Assembly: GCA_964016885.1 (NCBI GenBank)
Contig: OZ024743.1
Span: 241,552,001-241,616,000, forward strand
DNA length: 64,000 nt
Origin: Eledone cirrhosa
Lineage: Eukaryota
Direction: 5' to 3'
Translations under genes and position numbers: made by a program
Part shown: positions 1 to 13,894 of the stretch, one piece after another
Numbering within the stretch: the stretch's first letter is position 1
How the letters are laid out: each line of letters opens with the position of its first letter
The notes under the pieces: model-generated
Told to the model about the DNA's origin: nothing
What the model saw: the letters and a program-made list of their open reading frames with translations, nothing else
The model's database searches: none

Positions 1-2002
1 CTATCACCTTTACTAATCCATCTATGACGGTGAAGATGATGATGATGATATTTATTATGATGATAACGATGACGCTGAGGACAATAACGATGATGGTGTT
101 GGTGGTGGGGTCATCTGTCGGTTTCACCTATGAGCATTTGGTTGTTCAATAAACTAAATGTCAAGCTCCCGAGTTAATGTGCATATGACCCAGTATTCCA
201 CAGACACGTGTAGTCTTAACGTAAGTTTGCGTTCGTATTAGAATGTCAATATAGGACAAACCTGGACCTTTCAATTACAAATACAATCCAGCCCACGTTC
301 TCTTGGACAGTTTCCGTCCGTCAGTTGGATTGAACCTGGTATCTTATGATTATGAGGCTACATTCTTAGTGTTATAGGGGTAGATATATATAACTGATTT
401 GGGAAGAAAAATAACGGTCATCAATTATGGTGCAGCTCATAGATATCGATTGTGCGTGGGAGAATATATATTGGTGTCTTGTTTAGCATAGGAAGCTGTG
501 CAAATTTGACATTTACACACACATATATATATACACACACATACACACACGTACACACACACACATACGTACACACACACGAAGGTCTCTAATGTTTATA
601 CAGCCTATAGTCTGTCAAATGAAATTATATCCATTATATATATATGTTCTCATATTTAATCTTATTTTAGCTTCGCGATAAAGTAATCTCTGGAGTATAA
701 AATATGTTTTGTAATGTTTATGTATAAAGAACCTAATTCAATTTCCCAGTCCTAATACAGAGTCGTACTGGGTTTTTTCTCTTTCCAGGAATTACCAATG
801 TATTTGGTTTCTTCAGATAGAGAGAGAGAAAAAAATAAAAGAATTAATTTCTTGAAATAACAACACTTACTCTAAGACAAGTAGAAAAAGAAACAGTTTG
901 TCATAGGAAAAATAAGTGTAGATTTTTCAATGTGTCTGTGCATTGCATGTGTCCCTGTATGTTCGTGCACGTGTCTGCGTGTCTGAGTGTGTATGTATGT
1001 GTTTGTGTGTGCGTGTATATGTTTGTTTCCGCCTGTTATATTTGTTTGGACGCTGCATAACTGAATGTTTAAGATATTTGCTTCACACTCACAATATTCC
1101 CGATTCGATCCCACGGCATAGCGTCTTGGTGAAGTGTCTCAGGTTGACCAAAGACTTATGAATGATGTTGGGGAGATGGAATCTGCATGGAAAATAATCG
1201 GATGGATTTTACCTGTAATTAAAAAGTCTAGCCTTGTTTAGACTGACTCTACTTGAATATTATATTATGGACACACGTGTCTATGGAATACTCAACCACA
1301 TACTAATTTAATGAGACTTTTGTTCATATGGTAATCCCGTCGTCGTATTCACCGGCAATTAATTTCCATTTTATGCATGTGCGTACGTATTTATGTATGG
1401 ATGAGTGGATGAATGATGAATGTACGAATGTGTATGCATGTGAATGTGTATAAGTATTTGTGTGATTGTATGTATGTAAGGAGAATATATAACATTATTA
1501 TCCTGTATTGAATCAGCACAACACAGTGTTCTATTTGGCATATATTCAATTCTTATATCTCTCTATTTATAATCTCAGGTCTTTCAATATGTTGCTGGTG
1601 TATATAAAGTGACTTCCAGAAAATTGTCAGTATTTATTCTCATTACTTTGGGGAATGGAAAAACAGGGAATGACGTTTTCAACCCAGAAACACTTTCCAG
1701 TCGTATGCAGAGATATTAAACTTACAAACTAACGGCTTGTAGTAACCCACTCAGCCAGTTAGTTTAGTATGTTAGCCAGTGTAGGAGGATCAGTTTGCAT
1801 GGTCTAGTGGCTTTGAAGGCTTTCTCAGATTGATCAGATTAATGCAGCTAGTATTCAGCTTCAGCTTCTGGAGCATATATGGTGTTATTTATATTTACAT
1901 TGTTATTGCTGTCGTTTTAATTGAGAGTCACCGATACATAATAATAATAACACATGCAGATAACAACACACCCGATATGGTGATATTATATACATACAGC
2001 AA

Positions 2003-2196
2003 AGGGCGGTAGATTGGCAGAATCAGTAGAGGATCGGGCGCCATGCTTTGCAGCATAGAGTTACGGCCCTTTATGATCTGAGTTCAAATTCCGCCGAGGT
2101 TAACTTTGCCTTTCATCCTTAAGAGGTCGGTAAAATAAAGTACCAGTAATGCATTGGGATAACTGCTGGCCTTGTGGCAAATGTAGAAATAATTAT
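2003..2196 (+). mobile_element. tRNA-derived SINE, family A
   Basis: Head with A-box-like TGGCAGAATCAGTAG and B-box GAGTTCAAATTCC; body ...TTAACTTTGCCTTTCATCC...GGTCG.TAAAATAAAGTACCAG; tail CTGGCCTTGTG...TAGAAA. About 10 recognisable copies in the window. Confidence 0.85.
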
Positions 2197-2781
2197 ATAG
2201 AGAGCAAAGATGATCGGGTAATTAAAGACTCCAAGTAAGTTCTACTGACTATTCGGACAGTTATCGCTTCTTTATTGCAATGTATTTACCTAAGTACATA
2301 AGAAAATTTAAGAGATATATAAATTCAGCGTGTAAAATTAGTTGTGTCTAACTACAACATGCAATCAAGGTTCTAATGCTGGTAATCCTCGCATAATTGT
2401 GGTTCTTATAATAAGAACATTAGAGATTTTATTGATAAATATTAAGTTGTTAAATTCAGTATCTGTCTGAATAATTAGCATAGGTTGAAATCTATCCCCA
2501 GCAAATGATTAGTGTTCTAGCTTTGATGTTCCATCAATTATTGTGTGACTTCAGTTTGAAACTACAATGGTAAATATAGTTATACCCATCTTTCTTTGTA
2601 CGTAATGTCACTTTGACACTCCGATCATTATTGTAATGTATTTTTATATATTAACTGCAACGTACGATCATTTAAAGTCTATTCGTGTTTAACTTCACTA
2701 TACAATCAGTGTTATACTGTCACTATGCGTCTAACTTCACAGTACGACAATGGTTATAATGTTTGTCTGAATCTAATTTCA

Positions 2782-3155
2782 CATTACTGGTACTTTATTT
2801 TATCGACCCCGTAAGTGTGAAAGACAAAGTTAAGCTCGGAAGGATTTGAACTGAGACCGTAAAGGAGCGAAACTCTATTCTGCAAAGCATGGCGTCCGAC
2901 CTTCTACCGATACTGCCAATCTACCACATAATAATAATGATTGCTACTAAAGGCACAAGGCCAGTAATTTGGGGGGAGGGGAAAGTCGATTAAATCGACC
3001 CCAGTACGTTACTGGTGTTATGTTTTATCGACCCCATAAGGATGAAAGGCAATGGTAACCTCGGCGGGATTTGAAATCAGACCGTAAAGGGCCGAAACTC
3101 TATGATACAAACCATGGTGTTCGACTCTCTAACGATACTGCCAATCCACCGCCCT
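2782..3155 (-). mobile_element. Two tandem family A SINE copies on the minus strand (~2782-2927 and ~2935-3155)
   Basis: Reverse complements of the family A head, body and tail (GGATTTGAACTGAG, ACTGCCAATCTACC, CTCGGCGGGATTTGAAATCAGA). Confidence 0.85.
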
Positions 3156-3384
3156 TGACAATACGATAATTATAATAATATCTGTTGTGTCAACGTTCGA
3201 TAATAATATGATCATTATTTAAATATCTGTGTGACGTCACAATTCGATAATAATAATAGGGTTTGTGTGTGTGTCGAACTATACAGTTCGATGATTATTC
3301 TAATGATCGAACTGTATTGTTTGTTTGTGGCTTTAGAGTACGTTTGTTATCCTAGTGTCTATGTCTAACTTCACATTACAATCA

Positions 3385-3870
3385 CTAGCAGAAAAACCAC
3401 CCTGTGGGTAGTTTTCTGCTAGCATGTGTAGTGTGCATATTGATATTATACGCAATATAAACGTTATGGTATAACGATGCAAATATATGAACGTTTATAT
3501 AAGCGATATAATATAGCGTACGTTATATCATAACCGGAAGTATTGACATTTGAAAATTTTAAAAGAAATGAATCTTAAAATAAGCAATCATTATATATAA
3601 TAATATTTATATTTTATCAACAGCTCTCGAAATTTAGTACATACATTATATAATTGTTTCTACTTTAGGCACAAGGCCAGCAATTACCCAGTGCATTACT
3701 GGTACTTTATGCACTGGGTAATTGCTGGCCTTGTGCCTAAAGTAGAAACAATTATATAATATTTATTCATTATTTATTCAGAGTAATCCGACTTATTTTA
3801 TAAACTGGATGAAAAAAATATATTCAAGACATAGACAGTCCCGCACTCCTCCCTTTATTATATTATGATT
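3385..3870 (+). mobile_element. Non-autonomous interspersed repeat, possibly Helitron/Helentron (HINE)-like; second partial copy at ~34697-34978
   Basis: Starts ACTAGCAGAAAA with a 5' hairpin (3386-3423) and ends CTCCCTTTATTATATTATGAT; the body aligns by eye with 34697-34978. Class assignment is inference from the termini. Confidence 0.45.
3645..3760. repeat. Perfect fold-back of a family A SINE 3' tail
   Basis: 3645-3696 is the reverse complement of 3709-3760; the 12-nt loop TACTGGTACTTT is also SINE sequence. Confidence 0.9.
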
Positions 3871-4089
3871 ATCATGCAGACTGTTTGCGTGTGACATCAG
3901 AATACGATGATTATCATAGTGTCTGCGTCTAACTTCATAGTACGATAATCAATATGATATAACGTCTGTTTGTGTGTGACGTCATAGTATAATCGTTATC
4001 TTAGAATCTGTTTGTGTGTGATGTCAGATTACGATGAATTTCAAGTTGTCTGCGTCAAACTTCACATTATGATCATTATTATAACGTCT

Positions 4090-5123
4090 GTTACGGCCCT
4101 TGCCATTCTGAGTTCAAATCCCGCCGAGGTTAACTTTGCCTTTAATCCTTACGGGGTCGATAAAATAAAGTACCAGTAATGCACTGGGTAATTGCTTGCC
4201 TTGTGCCAAAAGTACAAACAATTATTATGGCGTCTATTTCTATCTAACTTAATTATACGATCATCATTATAGGGTTAGTTTGTGTCTAAACTCATATGGC
4301 AGTATCGCTAGAGGATCGGACGCCGTGCTGAGTTAAAATCCCGCTGAGTTTAACTTTGCCTTTCATTCTTACTGGGTCGATAAAATAAAGCACCAGCAAT
4401 GCACTGGGGTAATTGCTTGAATTGTGCCAAAAGTAGAAGCATTATCAATTATTATTATGTTTGTGAGTGGTAGATTGGCAGTATCGGTAGAGGGTCGAAC
4501 GCCATGCTTTCCAGCATAGTTACGTCCCTTTATGATCTGAGTTCAAATCCCGCCGAGGTTGACTTTGCCTTTCATCCTTACGGGGTCGATAAAATAAAGT
4601 ACCAGTAATGCACTGGGTAATTGCTGGCCTTGTGCCTAAAGTAGAAACAATTATGTTTGTGAGTGGTGGATTATTATGTTAGGGCAGTGGATTGGCAGTA
4701 TCGGTAGAGCGTCGGAAACCATGCTTTACAGCAGTATAGAGTTGCACCCCTTTATGATCTGAGTTCAAATCCCACCGAGGTTGGCTTTGCCTTTCATCCT
4801 CACAGGGTCGATAAAAATAAAGCACCAGTAATGCACTGGCGTCGATTTAATCGACTTTCCCCTCCCCCAAAATTACTGGCCTAGTGTCTGTAATAGAAAT
4901 CCGTATGTTTGTGAGTGATTGGCAGTATCAGTAGAGCGTCGGTAAAAATGCTTCGTGGTATAGAGTTATGGCCCTTTATGTTGTGAGTTCTAATCTCGCC
5001 GACGTTAGCGTTGCCTTCCATTATTACAGGATCGATAAAATAATGCACCAGTAATGTGCACTGGGGTTGATTTAATCGACATTACCCTCCCACCAAATTG
5101 CTGGCCTATAGTAGAAATCATTA
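4090..5123 (+). mobile_element. Run of five family A SINE copies (~4090-4227, 4297-4445, 4468-4653, 4681-4900, 4917-5123)
   Basis: Repeated TGGCAGTATCGGTAGAG...GAGTTCAAATCCCGCCGAGGTTGACTTTGCCTTTCATCCTTACGGGGTCGATAAAATAAAGTACCAG. Confidence 0.9.
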
Positions 5124-5329
5124 TTTGAAATTATCCTTGTGCCGAAATTTAACATACAATCATTATTATAAGGTATGCTTCAGTCTAAGTTTAAAGTACG
5201 GTCATTATTATATGTGGTCTTTCTGTGTTTGGTGTCACTGTGCGATCATTATCCTAATATCTGTTAGAGACTAACTTTCCAATATGGTCGTTATCATAAT
5301 ATCTTTTATGTCTAATATCACAGACATAT

Positions 5330-5550
5330 GCTCACTGATATTCACTGATTTCACAGGCATTAATAGATATTTACTAACAGAAACTTACTATCAGACATTA
5401 ACATATATTTACTAATAGATATTTACAGACAAGTATTTATTGATAGAAAAAAAAATATTTATTGACAGACGATTATTGAGAAATATTAACAGATATTTAC
5501 TGACAGATTGCTTACATACATTAACAAATATTTATTTATAGATATTTGCG
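5330..5550. repeat. Degenerate ~14-bp tandem repeat
   Basis: Recurring TATTTACTAACAGA / TATTTACTGACAGA / TATTTATTGATAGA units. Confidence 0.6.
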
Positions 5551-5640
5551 GGTATTCATTGAAGATAAGAATAAGCCTTTACGTAGAGGAGGTTAACGTC
5601 GTGTCTTTAAATCTCAGATATTCTGACTTCTTTGTATTAT

Positions 5641-5842
5641 CGGCAGTATCGTTAGACACCATGCATTGCAGCATAGTGTTATGGCCCTTTACGTTATGAG
5701 TTCAAATCCCATCAAGGTTAGCTTTGCCTTTCATCTTTACGGGGTCGATAACAGAAAGTACCAGTAACGCACTAGGGTCGATTTAATCGAATTTTCCCTC
5801 CCACTAAATGGCTGGTCTTCTGCCTATAGTAGAAATCATTAT
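5641..5842 (+). mobile_element. Family A SINE
   Basis: GGCAGTATCGTTAGA...GAGTTCAAATCCC...GCTTTGCCTTTCATC...TAGTAGAAATCATTATT. Confidence 0.85.
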
Positions 5843-7014
5843 TCGTCTTCAGCTTCTTTAGCGTTTAGTCATCTTTGATTGAATCAGACCTAAAATCAAA
5901 GTCATTCTGTTTTGTTCATACTCAGAGTATGTTCAACTACAAGATCTAATGTTATATTTCTCTCTTCACAATATACAGCTGTGTTTTTGCGATAAATATA
6001 GCTTTTATGTCTAGATAAAGCAATCGCGTAGGCGTTCCCTGGTTTTGTTCTATTAATATTGTTTGGTATGTTATAAAAATGTATTCTTCCTTTCTCTTTT
6101 GTCAGAGTCTAGTGGACGTTTTTCTAAATCTCGACTAATCTTGTGATTATCCATGCTTTACTGTTATATCTAACGTAAGATATTGAATTCCTAATATGAA
6201 TTGAAATGAAATTATTAAATTAAGAAATTGAACAGCTCACTAACACCGCATTCAAGATTCTTACGGGGCTTGAGCTGTGGCCATCTGTTAATAAATGTAA
6301 TTATTTAAAATCCGCCTTCACAACTCTATTGGAAAACACTAGCGTTATTGTTTTATGTTTCTGTGACAGAGTACAGTAAATTATTGTTCAAAATTTTAAG
6401 ATGGCTGTTATATTTGTTTGGTAAATAACATGTTGCTAACATCTTGTTAAATAAATTGGAATCATCTCGTGAGATCTTAAAAGTTATTTTCAGCAAACAT
6501 TTTAGTGATGTTTGAATGCTTGTTGATTTTTAGTTGTTTTATAATTCAAGAAAATGTTCAAATTTCCAATCGACATTTTCCACCTGGTTTATTTTAATTT
6601 TATTCCGTAATATCTTTTCTTTATATATTTTAAATCTCAATTACGCGTGATTTCGTTACATTTTATCGAAATTTTATATCTTCCTTTTCAGAAAAATGTA
6701 TGGCTATTTTGGCAAATTTAGTTTTGTTTACTAAAAGATGTTTCTGTAGCTTTGCCTGTAGACAATTCAACATTGAGAGTTTCATATTTTTTGCGTAACT
6801 TTAAATGCTGAAGTGAAAGCCTTTGCTACTCTATAAAGATGCTCTCGCCTATATTATCTTGCAATTTCCAACACTGTAATCTATTAAATTAACAACTTAT
6901 GGGTTGTTATTATTTCTTCATTTATTTCATAGCCTTTCAATGGGACATTTTATTCTGCATATATCATGTCACCTAAATGTAGTGAACCAATCTTCCAGTA
7001 AAAAGGGCAATTAT

Positions 7015-7127
7015 ATATATATATGCATGTATTTATGTATGTATGTATGTATGTATGTATGTATGTATGTATGTATGTATGTATGTATGTATGTATGTAT
7101 GTATGTATGTATGTATGTATGTATGTA

Positions 7128-7163
<36 letters not shown>

Positions 7164-7262
7164 AAAAAATATATGTATGTATACATGTATGTATGGATGG
7201 ATGGATGGATAGATGGATGGATAGATGGAAGAATGGATGGATGGCTGCAGAGATGGATGGAT
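7015..7262. repeat. (TATG)n/(TG)n/(GATG)n compound microsatellite; further (TATG)n at 7725-7855 and 8301-8358
   Basis: Directly visible. Confidence 0.95.
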
Positions 7263-8078
7263 GAGCGGTGACAAGGAAATACTTCGTTTGATGCATGAGC
7301 GCGTGGTTAGCCCACCGCGAGTGAAAGAATGCTGGTTCTTGTAAGAAAATATTTTCTAGAATGGAAAACTGATGTAACAGCTGCGATTCGATGACAGCGA
7401 ATGGTGTTGACCTGTTCCTATTTTTCAATGCCTGACACCGATGTTCAAAGAGCAGGACTGGTTAAGTGCAAGGCCTTTCTTTACATAGAAACGCTTCAAG
7501 TACAAGCTTCACTTGATCTAAACATCTTTCATGTGTGTAAAACGAACATAGCTGGCTGTAAAAGAAGGAATGTATGTCCTTGGCAGGGCTAAAATGATTC
7601 AACCATCATGTATGTGTGTGAGTATGCATGTACGTATGTATGCGAGTATGTATGTAAGTATGTATGTGTACATGTATGGATGTGTGGCTGCATGTGTGAA
7701 TGTATGCATGCGTGTATTTATGAGTGTATGTATGTATGTATGTATGTATGTATGTATGTATGTATGTATGTATGTATGTGTGTATGTATGTATGTATGTG
7801 TGTATGTATGTATGTATGTGTGTATGTATGTATGTATGTATGTATGTATGTATGTTCTTCTGGTTTTATAATTTCACAAAGTTTTACCAATAAAGAGAGA
7901 GTCGGTTTCTAACATAGACACAAGACTCTCTCATTGGAATTTACACAACATCAACTAGGTAGATATGTATGCATGCACGTGTAGATATGGGTGTTATTGT
8001 ATGTGTGGATGTGTATGTTTTGAGTTGTATGTGTGCATGTGTATATGCTTTGTATCTGTACATGTGTATATGCAGTTA

Positions 8079-8300
8079 TTAGATGCAACATTTTTGGAAT
8101 GTTTTACATATTTGTACTGTTCCATTAATGGATTGTACTTGTAGTTTCCTAACTAGTTGTGTTCTTTCTATTCCTGTGAAGCCTAGCTTCTCAAGATTTG
8201 TATTGAGGCAGTTACTAACATATCCCAGTGCCCCAATAATCACAGGCATAAATCTGAAGGTATAATCAGGGTGGAGTATCTGCATATTTCTCATCAGTTC
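8079..8300 (-). pseudogene. 3' fragment of an RLE-type non-LTR retrotransposon ORF (R4/Dong/NeSL-like)
   Basis: Translation ...FRFMPVIIGALGYVSNCLNTNLEKLGF...LQVQSINGTVQICKTF matches the P-V-I-I-G-A-L-G ... GT..I C-terminus of restriction-like endonuclease domains. Confidence 0.7.
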
Positions 8301-8359
8301 TGTATGTATGTATGTATGTATGTATGTATGTATGTATGTATGTATGTATGTATGTATGT

Positions 8360-8640
8360 CAGGTCACCAGTTGGTGCTACTAGTAACATGTATCCCAGTA
8401 CAACCTGTTCCATGGTCGGGTCGTTGGCGACTAAACTGGCAACCCTACCAAGGTTTCTTGGTGAGGAGGGTGACTTTGGACATCTTGCAGGACTAAAAAC
8501 AAAACCTGTCGAAGGGCAAAGGAGCTCTTAAGAGTCAATTGCCATCCAAAATCACCGGGAGAGATGACCGCTTAGCCTTTGTCAAGGCAGAATTCTAGGA
8601 GAAGGAAAACTCTGATATAACACCTGCAACCCTGATGGTA
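8360..8640 (+). mobile_element. Probable 5' UTR remnant of an RTE-type LINE
   Basis: GC-elevated island with GGTCGTTGGCGACTAAACTGGCAACCC and GGACTAAAAACAAAACCTGTCGAAGGGC, resembling RTE-clade 5' UTRs from memory; no ORF support. Confidence 0.4.
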
Positions 8641-10129
8641 TCCAATGATGTTGACTTGTTCTTCTTTTTGGTAAATATCATCTTGGTTAAGAGAGTGGGA
8701 CTGGCTTTGTGCAGTGCCTTTGCTCACTATAAAAGCTTCACGGCACAAGCATTGCTTTATATCTGGAGATCTCTTTGCACTTGTCGTCACATGGTACCAT
8801 GGGCCCAACACTATGTGTCAATAATTGTCACAAGTGTAGTGTTTGTACCAGAGTTTTCAAGTCGCTGGCTGGACTAAAACGTCACACTCGTTCAGCGCAT
8901 CGGTAGGGGTTCTCCTACATGGATATAAATTAGTGGCCGTACTCAAAAACGAGTTGGTAGCCACCATGTATGTATGTAGCAAGATTTTGTAAAGTATTAC
9001 ATCTTTTCAATGTGAAATCCATAGTTTTTAAATATTTCTAAATTATGTTCTTTAACTTTTCATATAAAAAGATATTGTGAACTCCAAGCAATGCAATTAT
9101 CGTTAAAATATAATTCTTTATGAGTAATTATTCAAATTACTAGAGCATTTTTTTATGAGAAACATATTTTACCAGATAATAAATTATTAATATTTAAAAT
9201 TAATATTTTAGTTTCTATATTTGTGTTGTTTTATTTTTGTTTTTCGACACATTTTTATGGATGTCTTCCATACAGCAATTTTGAGAGGATCAGCATTCCT
9301 CAACCAAATGAAGATCTTTTTCAAGCAATTTATCGGACATATCGTAAATTCATGTGATTATACTTATTTTAGGTATTAATATAGGTGTGGGGCTAGTATA
9401 TGATGTATTTTTAAAATGTCACCTCCGATATGCTGTCGTCCCATCCAGTAAAACTCTTATCTCATATTCGCAGAGAGACACCAGTTCAGAAACCACTGCC
9501 CTGTCCTTTCAAATATAATATATTTCTGGTAGAAACTATATTTTATTTTCACCATACTTTACCGGGATTGTAGACGGACTCTATTTTTGTATCAGTTCAT
9601 TGCAACGGGTCAGAATTTATACTTCAACAACCATTGTGTTTGACAATTGATTTATTCTTACAATATTGATTTGATTTTAGTCAGCACAAAACTCCATTAT
9701 GATATAAGAATGGACATTAGTCTATGAAGAAAGCCTCGGATTAGGCTATCACTCTATCAGAACGGACATTAGTCTATAAGGAAAGCTACAAATGACCGAG
9801 TCGAGATGTTTGATGGTTCATATCTTGCGATCGGCATTATGTAATAAATATGGTGTGTGTACTGGCGGCCGACACTATGCGATATCTGTAGTATGCACAC
9901 TTGCGACCGACACCTTGCAATAACTATGGGATAATGCACTTATATCTCTCTAACTCAATAATTGTTGCCGTGAATACGATCAACAAGGTACTGTGGGTTT
10001 AGAGCATCTATCTTAAGATAAATTTGCACAAGAAACATAACACTAACTGGATTAAACAATCCCATACTTTTGATAATTGGGACTGTGATTGGTGTAGACA
10101 TGATCAGTGAGATTGCAGGCCCTGTGAAT

Positions 10130-10499
<370 letters not shown>

Positions 10500-12396
10500 T
10501 ACGTTTTTGTTGATGTTGTTTACAGAAAATGGATTGTTTTTTGTTTTTGCGAGGTGATCTACCTGCAATTTTTTACAGTTCAAAAATCCTTGTAAGGAAT
10601 TTCTTGATGGCTTTTAGCAACTGTCTGAACATTTGGTGTATTATAGTTCACTTTACTTGGGTTATTGATAACAGCGTGAAAAATATTCATAGAATACAAT
10701 CCTACTTCCATCGCTGATATATAAATAAGTAACTACGGGTATAAGAACTAAGACCAAATCAATTGTATTTTCTTTCAACCTGGTATAAGCCATCTAATCT
10801 ACAAGACATATTTAACTTTCGCGGAGCGTTCGCAGTGTTCATGTAGCATAAACATAATTCTTATGTTTTTGTATTTAACCCTTTAGTGTTTACATTACTT
10901 TATATATATTATTATATTTTCATGGTAAACCCTTTATTTCACATAATTATCTCACATAATATCAAATCTACGAGAGTTTGATATTATTTATTTTGCGAAC
11001 AATATCTTAACTTAAATATGAGTAGCCGGTTACAGCCGGTTCGAACAGAAGAAGGTGAGAAAATCCTGGTTTATTATAGGTGTGAAAGAAACGCAGCAAA
11101 ATCTTTTAGGAAAAAAATGAATATTATACCATGTGATTTCCAAAGCTTTGAGATTATGTAGACAAAAACTTTATCATTGATTGATACATGCCTGGTCATT
11201 GAACAACAGTTCACTTATTTCAGGCACTGCAGTCGTACTCACTGTCATTCATCTGTGTGATAGTGAAACATATTTATTAATGATGATTATATTTAATCTA
11301 ACTACCGATTTCACACCTTCATAAGGGAATCGAATCTAGGCTCTTGTGATTGCTAAGCAAACTTCTTAAACACTTAGCCAAAATTTATTTTCCATACAAA
11401 TATAATATCGATTTCTAATTCAGGCACAAGGCTGGCAACGTTGATTAGAAATATGGAGTAGACCATATAATAGAGTGGGGTCATGTACAGGGTTTGGTCG
11501 TTCATTCTCAGTGTGGCTTGTCACTTGAACCCATAGTAAGCTTCAGCCTGGCAAGCCACAGTTTACCTTTAAACTGTTAGAGTAGATCCAATATTTTATA
11601 CATCAGATCTGAGTTGGATAATTTTTTTTCAAATCAATTCTTTTTAAATATAAAAATAAATTGATGTTTTTTTGGTTAATCATGAGGTAGGAACAAGTCT
11701 TTAGAACCCGTATCAGGGTCTCTGAGATTGATGAGAAGAAAATAGGTATCCTCACATCACACATCTTTTCTACTAACTTGCAAAACAGCGAATTGTGCTA
11801 AATTACATAAGAGCCAAACAATTTTGTTAAATGATGAGTACGCCACTGCGATATTTGAAACCAGAACGTACAGAGCCGGAACATATACCGAAAATAATCC
11901 AGTGCTGTTCTTTAACAACGTGGACGTAAGCATGGCTGTATGTTTAGTTAAGAAGATCCCTTCGAAAACACGTCGCTTAGAATTCCAACCACACTCCACA
12001 GTATCTTGGGCATGTGCTTTCTACCATAGCCTCAGCTCAACCAAAGTATTGTGAATGAAATACACTGGACGGAAACTGTGAGATTGTATATCCAAGGAAC
12101 GATTACGGTTCATGGATTGTAAACATAATCAACCGGTTTAACACCACTGACTGATCGTTAGGGACTGACAGTGTAGTCCAGTCTTTTGCAAGCGCTAATG
12201 TCAGGTTTTTTTGTTTATAAGATAACTTCCTCGCTTTTCTCCACCAGTCTCAGAATACATGAATAAGACATAAAAATAAACAATCCAAGCTTCCTATATA
12301 TGAATTATTTCCGTAGGAAGGTTAAAGGAGAGCAGAGTGCTCTATGAAAGCTACAGAGCTATTTAGTTATGTAATAAACAACATTAGACAATTATT

Positions 12397-12465
12397 CCAT
12401 TTACCAAAGGTTTCATGAAGGCAGACGAGCTCGACGCAGACGTCTGAAATCGCTTGTCAGAATGG
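12397..12465 (-). ncRNA. Degenerate type-I hammerhead ribozyme motif
   Basis: Minus strand: CCATT-CTGACAA-(stem II with CAGACG/CGTCTG)-GAAACC TTT GGTA-AATGG; 5-bp stem I, one core substitution. Confidence 0.6.
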
Positions 12466-12615
12466 AAATAAATATTAAATATGGACGTAAGATATGAATT
12501 TAAAACAAAGGCTAAAATAATTGAAAGCGAGGCTGATATATAATATAAAATAAAGATAAGAAATAAAATAAAATAAAATATCGGGAAAATAGAACGTCAT
12601 AAAATATATCATTTG

Positions 12616-12707
12616 ATATATGACATACCTCTACGGTCTTGATATTTCAATTCCTGTATTGGCAGTCAGGAGTTGAAATATCAAGACCGTAGAGGTATGT
12701 CATATAT
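12616..12707. repeat. 41-bp-arm hairpin
   Basis: ATATATGACATACCTCTACGGTCTTGATATTTCAATTCCTG pairs with CAGGAGTTGAAATATCAAGACCGTAGAGGTATGTCATATAT (one G-T); 10-nt loop. Confidence 0.9.
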
Positions 12708-12926
12708 GAATCATATATGTTATATGACGAGGACGTATTGAAAAAACAACACAGTACCTTTGAAATATATATAATAAAGCATATATTTTGATTATGTGAA
12801 TATCTTCATTTGTTAATATTTTTAATAATATTAAAAGCTCCAGGAAAATCTTTTCACTGTTGGGTGCTTTTAATCTATTGTAAAACTGTATTCATTGGGT
12901 AATCAATGAACCATATTAATCTTTGG

Positions 12927-12970
<44 letters not shown>

Positions 12971-13076
12971 CGAAGGAAATGTGGTAAGGAACCAGGTGGA
13001 CCATAACGCCCCAAAGTACTCAATACTTAAGGAAGAAGAGTGGGTAATAGGAACGAGTAGGACCCCATATATATAT

Positions 13077-13130
<54 letters not shown>

Positions 13131-13255
13131 TCTATATACACCCGCCCACATATATATATATACATATATACATACATACATACACACGTACATATACACA
13201 CACATATATTCATATATATATATGTGTGTGTATGTTTGTATGTATGTCTATGCAC

Positions 13256-13303
<48 letters not shown>

Positions 13304-13355
13304 CAGGAAAGAAGGTTTACATGGTTTGCTATACAAAAAAGTTTTTAATCACATA

Positions 13356-13461
13356 GCTTACATTTGTTTCACTGAACTGGTATGTCTAGAGATCGCTATC
13401 CGCCTAATTTTGCGTCACTCGATCGCCAATACAGAATTATAACCAGTCAGATCTTCGGAGC
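13356..13461 (-). ncRNA. Hammerhead ribozyme motif in the PLE 3' repeat (mirror of 18963-19068)
   Basis: Reverse complement of the plus-strand motif. Confidence 0.7.
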
Positions 13462-13821
13462 ATGCGAGAATGAAGAAAATACACAGGCAAGAAAATAAAA
13501 GAAAATATGGAGTAGTTATGGCATTCAATTAGAACAATAAACAACAACAATTATTACAACAATGCTATCAATAAACTATTTAAGGAGACCCTGACATTAC
13601 TTAGGTGGGGGGCATATAATGTATCTAATGTTACGGCGTGAAAACCAGCTGTCATAAGGCAAAAAGTATCGTAGTGTGTATCAATTTTAAATTATAAAGA
13701 TAAGCTAGTTTTTACAGTCTTTCTCTTCATCTTCAACCGTATACATGAGTGGGACCACTGTCAAAGCTCAATAGTTGTAGAGTTAATACAGAGGTTAACG
13801 AATTAATATACGCATATATCT

Positions 13822-13894
<73 letters not shown>

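Larger units (their letters stand above)
2340..5320. repeat. Degenerate ~42-bp minisatellite interrupted by SINEs
   Basis: Recurring unit like GTCTGTTTGTGTCTAACTTCACATTACGATCATTATTATAAT, e.g. consecutive 42-bp units from ~2677 and several at 3880-4090 and 5150-5320. Confidence 0.7.

Noticed and set aside
2340-5842. Repeat-spacer appearance suggestive of a CRISPR array
   Set aside because: Units are degenerate minisatellites and ~200-bp SINEs with irregular spacing; eukaryotic context and no cas genes.
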